From assembly GCA_041687695.1 (NCBI GenBank), contig JAWLBL010000001.1, positions 432,190 to 496,189 on the forward strand: DNA of 64,000 nucleotides, in the 5' to 3' direction. The position numbers were made by a program, and so were the translations under genes. This document shows positions 19,742 to 28,000 of this stretch, in pieces. The first letter of the stretch is position 1; every line of letters starts with the position of its first letter. Below the pieces are notes generated by a model. The model worked only from the letters and a program-made list of their open reading frames with translations, was not told the origin of the DNA and ran no database searches. This stretch comes from Myxococcota bacterium (GTDB lineage Bacteria > Myxococcota_A > UBA9042 > PHBI01 > JAWLBL01).

Positions 19742-20882
19742 GACGCTCGAGAACCTGCGCAACGCCGGCCCGGCCTTCCGGGACGCGGTCGCCTCGCGCA
19801 ACGTCGACGTGCTGCGTTCGCTGCTGGGCCCCGCCTGGCGCGGCTTCGTGCAGCAGCAGGCCAAGCAGGCGCCCGACACGGCGCTGGCGACCGGCTACGA
19901 GGTCCACTTCGACTGGACCTACGAGCGCGCCGCCCCCGACTTCCGGCGCCTGTACGAGGTCGCCAAGAAGAGCCAGTGGAACGCCACGACCGACCTCGAC
20001 TGGTCGAACGACATCGACCCCGGGCCGGCCGGCCAGTGGCTCATCCCCGACGACTTCATCCCGATGCGCGACCTGAAGGAGTGGCGCACCTTCGACGACC
20101 GCAAGAAGGAGGAGCTCCGCCACGCGACGCTCTCGTGGCTGCTCAGCCAGTTCCTGCACGGCGAGCAGGGCGCCCTGTACGCCGCCGCCCAGGTCACCGA
20201 GGCGGTCCCCTGGCTCGACGCCAAGCTCTACGGCTCCACCCAGGTCGTCGACGAGGGCCGCCACGTCGAGGTCTTCCACACCTACCTCACCGACAAGCTC
20301 GGTAAGCTCTACCCCATCAACGACAACCTCTACGTGCTCATCGACGCGCTCATCGTCGACGAGTCGTGGGACATGAAGTTCCTGGGCATGCAGATCATGA
20401 TCGAGGGCCTCGCCCTGGGCGCCTTCGGCACCATCCGCCAGGCGACCAAGGAGCCCCTCCTCCGCGAGCTGCTCAAGTACGTCATCACCGACGAGGCCCG
20501 CCACGTGCACTACGGCGTCCTCGCCCTCGAGCGCCACTACCGCGAGGCCGACTACTCCGACCGCGAGCGCCGCTACCGCGAGGACTGGACCTTCGAGGTG
20601 ACCCTGCAGCTCCGCAACCGCTTCCTCGCCCACGAGCTGCGCGAGGAGTACTTCGCCCACCGCTACACCCGCAAGCAGTGGGACGAGCTCATCGGCCGCA
20701 GCGAGCTGATGCAGCTCTTCCGCAAGACCATGTTCAAGCGCATCATCCCCAACCTGCGCCGCCTGGGCCTGCTCACCGACCGCGTCAAGCCCCGCTACGC
20801 CGCCCTCGGCCTCCTCGACTTCGAGAAGGGCCGCGCCGCCCCCGACCTCACCGCCCGCGACCTCATCGACGACGTCGCCTGA
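19722..20882 (+). CDS. Ferritin-like diiron oxygenase (AurF-like)
   Basis: SQFLHGEQGA, DEGRH, IEGLA, DEARH diiron ligands; AGGAG before ATG 19722; overlaps the tetR 3' end. Confidence 0.88.
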   Translation: MVSLFGRTLENLRNAGPAFRDAVASRNVDVLRSLLGPAWRGFVQQQAKQAPDTALATGYEVHFDWTYERAAPDFRRLYEVAKKSQWNATTDLDWSNDIDPGPAGQWLIPDDFIPMRDLKEWRTFDDRKKEELRHATLSWLLSQFLHGEQGALYAAAQVTEAVPWLDAKLYGSTQVVDEGRHVEVFHTYLTDKLGKLYPINDNLYVLIDALIVDESWDMKFLGMQIMIEGLALGAFGTIRQATKEPLLRELLKYVITDEARHVHYGVLALERHYREADYSDRERRYREDWTFEVTLQLRNRFLAHELREEYFAHRYTRKQWDELIGRSELMQLFRKTMFKRIIPNLRRLGLLTDRVKPRYAALGLLDFEKGRAAPDLTARDLIDDVA

Positions 20883-20934
20883 CCCCCCGCACCGTCCGCC
20901 CCGGGGCCCAGCCCCGGGACGGCCCCGCGGCCCC

Positions 20935-22116
20935 TCACCCGGTCCGCGACCCGAACGCCCGCCGCTCCGCGACCTTCCGGGCCACGAACGCCGCCCCCAG
21001 CTCCTGCCGGGCGATGAGCAAGTTGTGCGCCTGGCACACGACCCGCACGTTGCCGACCGAGTGCCCGCCGCCCTTGGCGAAGGCCTCCTGGTGGTGCAGC
21101 TCCAGCCGCCTCGTCTCGGTGCAACGCCCACCCGGGCCGACATAGGTGCACCGCAGCCCATCCCGCGCGACCACGGCCCGCCTGACGGCCCTCGGAATCG
21201 CCCTCCCCCGCTCAGCCGCCCCGACCGACGCTCCGGCCTGCCCGACCGACGCTCCGGCCTGCCCGACCGACGCTCCGGCCTGCCCGACCGACGCTCCGGC
21301 CGCCGCCGGTTCGTTCGCCACGTCCACGCTCTCGGCCTGACCTGACGCCTTCGCGGCGCCCCGCTTCTTCGCCTTCCGGGCCCCCACCCCGAACCGCTGC
21401 TTCTTCTTCGCGGCCAGGAAGACGTCCAGGGCCATCTCCAGCAGCGTCTCGTAGTCGCCCGACGCTACGCTGTGGCCCGCCAGCGCCATCGCCTCCTCCT
21501 GCTTGGCAGCGACCCGGGCGCCGACGGTGACCTGCACCCGATACCGCGCCTCGGACAGCGGCTCGACCCGATGCTGCGGCTTCGGCCGCTCCAGCGACAG
21601 CTCGCTCGCCCCCGCCTTCGACTCGCCGGTCGCCTGCTTGGGCGCCTCGGCCCGCGCTCCGCCCCGGGGCGGCGGCAGCTTGAACACCCGCGCCGGCACG
21701 TCCGGCCGCGGCGACCACTTCGCCACCAGCTCCGACAGCTCCCGCTTGCTCTTGCCGGCCGCCTCGCCCAGCCGCTCGCCGACGTTGCCGTCCTCCAGGT
21801 GCGGCCCGATGACCCGCACCCCGCTCAGGCTCAGCCGTCCGTCGGCCAGCATGGCCCCCATCTGCGGCCACCGCCGCACCCACCCCACGGCCTTCACGTA
21901 GTTGTAGGCCTTGTCCTCTCCAAAGCCCCACCGCGTCCGGCACCACTCGAACAGCGAAGGACTGCCATCCACGAGATGCAGCTCCCTCGCCTCCACTTCG
22001 GCCAGATGGACCACCAGATTGGCCGTCGTCCGCCGCTCCAGATCGACCAGCTCGCCGACCCGCCCCAGCAGCCCTTCGTCGGACAGATTCTCCAGCAGCT
22101 TCAGTCCCTTGCTCAT
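20935..22116 (-). CDS. HNH endonuclease-domain protein (DUF222/13E12-like N-terminus)
   Basis: IPRAVRRAVVARDGLRC...C...LELHH...GG.HSVGNVRVVCQAHN; helical N-terminus LSDEGLL...HLAEVEARELHL..G.PSLFEWC. Confidence 0.85.
   Translation of the reverse strand: MSKGLKLLENLSDEGLLGRVGELVDLERRTTANLVVHLAEVEARELHLVDGSPSLFEWCRTRWGFGEDKAYNYVKAVGWVRRWPQMGAMLADGRLSLSGVRVIGPHLEDGNVGERLGEAAGKSKRELSELVAKWSPRPDVPARVFKLPPPRGGARAEAPKQATGESKAGASELSLERPKPQHRVEPLSEARYRVQVTVGARVAAKQEEAMALAGHSVASGDYETLLEMALDVFLAAKKKQRFGVGARKAKKRGAAKASGQAESVDVANEPAAAGASVGQAGASVGQAGASVGQAGASVGAAERGRAIPRAVRRAVVARDGLRCTYVGPGGRCTETRRLELHHQEAFAKGGGHSVGNVRVVCQAHNLLIARQELGAAFVARKVAERRAFGSRTG
21220..21301 (-). repeat. Coding 21-bp tandem repeat (GASVGQA, about 4 copies) in the HNH linker
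   Basis: cccgaccgacgctccggcctg repeated. Confidence 0.85.
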
Positions 22117-22382
22117 CCCGCAGCCCTCCCATCGAGTGACGGCAGTCTAGCACGGGGGTCCCCCGACCCTCGCAGCACCCCCTGGACGGCCGTTCAGGCC
22201 TCCCAGACGACGCGCGACGACCCTCTACCCTGATCAGCGCGCTGTAGAGCCCAGTAGAGGCCTCCCAGCCCCTCGCTCCGCCCGATCTCCGAGCGCCGAA
22301 ACTTCAGCCCGGAAACCCGTCAACAACTATTTGCCTCCTGGGCCCATCCCGATGTCGATTTTCCACCCCTGGCCTCCCGCCC

Positions 22383-22713
22383 GCCCCGGGACGACGGCCC
22401 TGGCGTTTCCCGGGACGACGGCCTGCCCGCTTCCGCCCCGGGACGACGGCCCTGGCGTTTCGCCCCGACACGACCGTCGCGAGCGCCACCCAAACGCCGT
22501 CACCAACCCGACCAGGCCCGCCGGGCCTGGCCGGAAAGCTTCGCCATGGGCGAAGCACTCCGAAAGCGGCCTGGCGGCCGCGTACGTCGCCAGCCTGCCG
22601 AGCCTCTCGTGGCTCTGGTCTACCCGTCGCAACTGCAGCGCTCCCCGGGACGACGGCCTGTCCGCTTCCGCCCCGGGACGACGGCCCTGGCGTTTCGCCC
22701 CGGGACGACGACC
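22383..22713. repeat. Two clusters of ~25-28-bp direct repeats with core CCCGGGACGACG
   Basis: Core at ~22385, 22409, 22436, 22463 (degenerate), 22643, 22671, 22698; two alternating tail variants. Confidence 0.85.
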
Positions 22714-22888
22714 AGCGCGCCCTCGCCGCGCTCGACGATAACCCCAGACTAGCAAACCCCTCATGCAGCGCCCCTGCTGCCCCAGCACCCCATGACCCAC
22801 TCCGCGCCTCGGGACGCGAAGCGGCCCGGACGCCCCCGTCCGGACGGGGGCTGCGCCCCCGAGCCCCGCTTTGTGCAGCTGCAGCGAA

Positions 22889-22973
22889 GGCCGGGGTCAA
22901 GGGCTTTGTCGTCCGCGAGGAATTGGCCGGCCGCCCAGGCCGGCCAAGGGGGACAAAGCCCTTGAGGCCGGCC
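22889..22973. other. Long nested inverted repeat/hairpin
   Basis: TCAAGGGCTTTGTC (22897-22910) pairs with GACAAAGCCCTTGA (22952-22965) and encloses TTGGCCGGCC-gccca-GGCCGGCCAA (22923-22947). Confidence 0.85.
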
Positions 22974-23071
22974 GAAGCGGAGGCTACCGCGCCTCACCCA
23001 TCCCTACCCCTGGCTTTCCAGCCCGACCCAACGACCAGCACCCACCTTCCCGCTCCGGGACGACCTCCCCC

Positions 23072-23836
23072 TCACCCCACCCGCAACGCCCCCAGATACG
23101 CCTTCACCGTCGCCTCGAACCCGCGCTCGAGGGCGTCCGCGGTCAGGGCGTGGCCGATCGACACCTCGGCCAGCGCGGGGATCGCCCGCACCAGATCGGA
23201 CAGATTGGTCAGGTCGAGATCATGCCCCGCGTTGACCCCCAACCCCGCGTCGGTCGCCGCGCGCGCGGTGGCGACGCAGGCCTGCAGCGCCGCCGCGTGG
23301 TCGCCTGTCCAGTGGGCCATGGCGTAGGGGCCGGTGTAGATCTCGATGCGGTCGGCGCCCGAGGCCGCCAGGGCCGCGACGGGGGCCGGGTCCGGGTCGA
23401 CGAACAGGCTGACGCGGCTGCCCCAGCCCTTCATCTCGGCCACCAGATCGCGCAGGCGCGCGACGTCGCCCGCGCCGAAGCCGTGGTCGCTGGTCAGCTG
23501 CCCCGGCGCGTCCGGCACCAGGGTGCACTGCGCCGGCCGGACCTCGCGCACCAGCGCCATGTACCCCGGATAGGGTCCGCTCGGCCCCTCGAAGGGGTTG
23601 CCCTCGACGTTCAGCTCGACGCCGGGGTGCTCGGCCACCAGCGCCGCCAGCACGCGCACGTCGTCGGGCCGGATGTGCCGCAGGTCCGGCCGCGGGTGCA
23701 CCGTGATGCCCCCCGCCCCCGCCGCGATGCAGATCCGCGCGAACCGCGCCACCGAGGGCACCCCGTGCTCGCGCGAGTTGCGCAGCAGGGCGACCTTGTT
23801 CAGGTTCACGCTCAACGTCGTCGTCGCGTGCGTCAT
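23072..23836 (-). CDS. pdxJ: Pyridoxine 5'-phosphate synthase
   Basis: LSVNLNKVALLRNSR, GITVHPRPDLRHI, QCTLVPD, TSDHG, RIEIYTGPY, VNAGHDL, EVSIGHAL. Confidence 0.95.
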   Translation of the reverse strand: MTHATTTLSVNLNKVALLRNSREHGVPSVARFARICIAAGAGGITVHPRPDLRHIRPDDVRVLAALVAEHPGVELNVEGNPFEGPSGPYPGYMALVREVRPAQCTLVPDAPGQLTSDHGFGAGDVARLRDLVAEMKGWGSRVSLFVDPDPAPVAALAASGADRIEIYTGPYAMAHWTGDHAAALQACVATARAATDAGLGVNAGHDLDLTNLSDLVRAIPALAEVSIGHALTADALERGFEATVKAYLGALRVG

Positions 23837-23925
23837 GGGTGCCACCTCGTCGGTTCGTTCGCGCGCGGTATAGCAGATCACTCTGCTTGCGCCACCACCT
23901 CCCGCGTGGGAAGACCATCGGCACC

Positions 23926-24867
23926 ATGAACGCCGCGACCCTCGACGAGCTGACCTCCATGGCCGTGTTCGCCCGCGTCGTCGAGCTGCGCTCCTTCAGC
24001 GCCGCCGCCCGCGAGCTGGGCCTGTCCAAGTCCGCCGTCTCCACCCGCGTGTCGCGCCTCGAGGCCTCCCTCGGCGTGCGCCTCATGCACCGCACCACCC
24101 GCAAGCTCTCGCTCACCGAGGCCGGCCTCGCCCTGTACGAGCGCTGCGCCCGCATCGTCCAGGCCGCCGACGAGGCCGCCGAGGTCGCCGAGGACGCCTC
24201 CTCCGCGCCCCGCGGCACCCTGCGCGTCAACGCCCCCGTCACCTTCTCGCAGCTGTACATGGGCCCCGTCCTGGCCGGCTTCCTGGCCGCCTACCCCGAG
24301 GTGCGCGTCGCCCTGACCGTCAGCGACCGCTTGGTCGACCTCGTCGAGGAGGGCACCGACGTCGCCATCCGCATCACGCGCCTGCAGGACTCGTCGCTCA
24401 TCGCCCGCAAGCTCGCCGACGATCGCGGCGTCGTCGTCGCCGCCCCCGACTACCTGGCCCGCCGCGGCACGCCCGAGGTGCCCGAGGACCTCGTCGAGCA
24501 TGACTGCCTGCGCTACTCCGGCCTCGACGCCCGCGTCGAGTGGCGCTTCGTCGGCCCCGACGGCCCCTACTCGGTGCCCGTGCGCGGCCCGCTGGTCGCC
24601 TCGGACGGCGCCGTCCTGCGCGAAGGCGCCGTCGCCGGCCTGGGCCTGGCCGTCGTCCCCACCTTCATGGTCGCCGACGACCTCGCCGCCGGCCGCCTGG
24701 TCATCGTCCTCGACGACCACCGCGACGCGCCCCTGGGTGTGTACGCCGTCATGGCCGAGCGCCGCCACCTCGCCCCCAAGGTCCGCGTCTTCGTCGACTA
24801 CCTGGCCGCCCGCTTCGCCGAGCCGCCCTGGCACACCGCGCACACCTGCCCGCCGCGACCCACGTGA
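23926..24867 (+). CDS. LysR-family transcriptional regulator
   Basis: FARVVELRSFSAAARELGLSKSAVS..VSRLEASLGVRLMHRTTRKLSLTEAG; CrgA-like substrate domain. Confidence 0.95.
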   Translation: MNAATLDELTSMAVFARVVELRSFSAAARELGLSKSAVSTRVSRLEASLGVRLMHRTTRKLSLTEAGLALYERCARIVQAADEAAEVAEDASSAPRGTLRVNAPVTFSQLYMGPVLAGFLAAYPEVRVALTVSDRLVDLVEEGTDVAIRITRLQDSSLIARKLADDRGVVVAAPDYLARRGTPEVPEDLVEHDCLRYSGLDARVEWRFVGPDGPYSVPVRGPLVASDGAVLREGAVAGLGLAVVPTFMVADDLAAGRLVIVLDDHRDAPLGVYAVMAERRHLAPKVRVFVDYLAARFAEPPWHTAHTCPPRPT

Positions 24868-25079
24868 CCCCGCCGCCACCGGGCCGCGACGCGCCCGTCA
24901 CGCGGTGATCCCCAGGACGGCCCCCCGCCCTGCGCCGCCCCCGGCGACCTCGCCGCGCCACCGCTCGGCCCCCGCCGGCTGCGCTTGACACGAGTGGACC
25001 CGCACCCTTTCTTGACGCTCGCCAGGGCCCGAGCGCGACGCCGGTCGCGCAGGCCCGGACACAGTCGAGAGGTGCCGAC

Positions 25080-28000
25080 ATGCGGATGGGATGGTTGGGC
25101 GCGGCCTTCGTGGCGGTCCTGTGGCTGGGCGCGGGCTGCGGCGACGAGCCCCGCCAGAAGTGCGATCCGGCGAGCTGCGGGGCCAACGAGGCCTGCTCGA
25201 CGACGAGCGAGACCTGCGAGTGCGTGTCGGGCTTCACGCGCGTCGACGGGGCCTGCGTCGACGACAAGACGGGCGAGTGCCCGGCCGGCCAGGACCGCGT
25301 GGGCGACGCGTGCCTGTCGGCGCGGATGGTGCCGTGCGCGGACGTCGCGCCCGACAACGCCACCAGCGACGTGGTCGACGTCGAGATCACCTACACGGAC
25401 GCGGACGGCTGGACCGAGCCGGCCGAGTGCGCCTGGAGCTGCGACGCCGGCTACGGCGAGGCCGCGGGCCTGTGCGCGACCAAGCGCGCCGTGGCGTGCG
25501 TCGACATGGCGCCGGCGAACGCGACCAGCATCCCCGACGAGGTCGAGGTGTCGTGGTCGGACGAGACCGGCTGGCCGGCGGCGCCCCCCTGCGAGTGGGC
25601 CTGCGACGCGGGCTACGGGCAGGTCGACGCCGTGTGCCTGAACGAGCGCGAGGTGGCCTGCGAGGACGAGGCCCCCGCCAACGCGACCTCGACGGCCGGC
25701 CCCGTGACCATCACCTACACGGACGAGGGCGGCTGGACGACGCCCGCGGCCTGCGCGTGGGCCTGCGACGCCGGCTTCGCCGAGGTCGACGGCGCCTGCG
25801 TGAACAGCCGGATGGTCGCCTGCGTGGACGAGGCGCCCGACGACGCCACCAGCGAGGTGGTCGATGTCGAGATCACCTACACGGACGAGGGCGGCTGGAC
25901 GACGCCCGCGGCCTGCGTGTGGGCCTGCGACGCCGGCTTCGGCGAGGTCGACGGCGCCTGCCTGGCCAGCCAGATGGTGGCCTGCGCCGACGCGGCCCCC
26001 GACAACGCGACCAGCACGGCCGCCGACGTCGAGATCGTCTGGTCGGACGACACCGGCTGGCCGGCGCCCGCCGCGTGCGAGTGGAGCTGCGACGCCGGCT
26101 ACGGGCCGGTGGGCGAGGCGTGCCTGGCCAGCCAGATGGTGGCCTGCCTCGACGCGGCCCCCGACAACGCGACCAGCGTGGTCGCCGACGTCGAGATCGT
26201 CTGGTCGGACGACACCGGCTGGCCGGCGCCCGCCGCGTGCGCGTGGGGCTGCGACGCCGACTTCGCCCTGACCGACGGTGCCTGCATCGACAGTCAGCAG
26301 GTCGACTGCAACGACGCCGCCCCGGCCAACGCCACCAGCACTGTGGCCTCGGTCACCATCACCTACACCGACGCCGGCGGCTGGACCGCCCCCGCCGACT
26401 GCGAGTGGGCCTGCGACGCCGACTTCGCCGACATCGACGGCGCCTGCCTGAACAGCCAGCAGGTCGATTGCGCCGACGTGGCCCCGGCCAACGCCACCAG
26501 CACGGTGGTCGCCGTCGAGATCACCTACACCGACGCCGGCGGCTGGACCGCTCCCGCCGACTGCGCGTGGGCCTGCGACGCCGACTTCGCGCTGGTCGAC
26601 GGCGCCTGCGTGAACAGCCAGCAGGTCGACTGCAACGACGCCGCTCCGGCCAACGCCACCAGCACCGTGGCCCAGGTCACCATCACCTACACCGACGCCG
26701 GCGGCTGGACCGACGCCGCCGACTGCGCCTGGGCCTGCGACGCCGACTTCGCGCCCGTCGACGGCGCCTGCGTGAACAGCCAGCAGGTCGACTGCAACGA
26801 CGGCGCCCCGGCCAACGCCACCAGCACCGTCGCCCAGGTCACCATCACCTACACCGACGCCGGCGGCTGGACCGCCCCCGCCGACTGCGCGTGGGCCTGC
26901 GACGCCGACTTCGCCCTGGTCGACGGCGCCTGCGTGAACAGCCAGCAGGTCGACTGCAACGACGCCGCCCCGGCCAACGCCACCAGCACCGTCGCCCAGG
27001 TGACCATCACCTACACCGACGATGGCGGCTGGACCGCCCCCGCCGACTGCGCGTGGGCCTGCGACGCCGACTTCGCCGATGTCGACGGCGCCTGCGTGAA
27101 CAGCCAGCAGGTCGACTGCTCCGACGTGGCCCCGGCCAACGCCACCAGCGAGGTCGTCCAGGTCACCGTCACCTACACCGACGCCGGCGGCTGGACGGAC
27201 CCGGGCGCGTGCGCCTGGAGCTGCGACGTCGACTTCGCGCAGGCGGACGACAGCTGCATCGACAGCGAGCTGGTCCCCTGCGCCGACGTCGCGCCCGCCA
27301 ACGCCACCAGCGCCGAGCAGATGGTCGAGATCACCTACACGACCGCCGGCGGCTGGACCGTGCCGGCCGACTGCGCGTGGACCTGCGACAGCGGCTATGC
27401 GCCGGCGGACGGCCAGTGCGTCTCCGGCCAGCTGGTCGACTGCAAGGACGTGGCGCCCGACAACGCGACCAGCGTCGTCGTGCAGGTCGCCATCACCTAC
27501 GACGAGGCGACCGGCTGGTCCGAGCCGGCCGACTGCGAGTGGACCTGCGACACCGACTTCGGCCAGGTCGGCGACGCCTGCGTGGACACGCAAGAGGTCG
27601 ACTGCGCCGACGTCGCCCCCGACAACGCGACCAGCGTCGTCACGACGGTCACCATCACCTACTCGAGCGACGGCGGCTGGACCGAGCCCGAGGCCTGCGC
27701 CTGGTCGTGCGACGCCGACTTCGCCGAGGTCGACGGCGCCTGCCTGAACAGCCAGCTGGTCGCCTGCGTGGACGTGGCCCCGGCCAACGCCTCCAGCGTC
27801 GTCGTCCCGGTCGAGATCACCTACACCGACGCCGACGGCTGGACCGCCCCGGCGGCCTGCGCCTGGGAGTGCGACCTCGACTTCGCCCTGGTGGACGGCG
27901 CCTGCATCGACAGCCAGGTCGTGCCCTGCGCCGATGAGACGCCGGCGAACGCGACCAGCGTCCCGTCGACGGTGACCATCACCTACACCACGGCCGGCGG

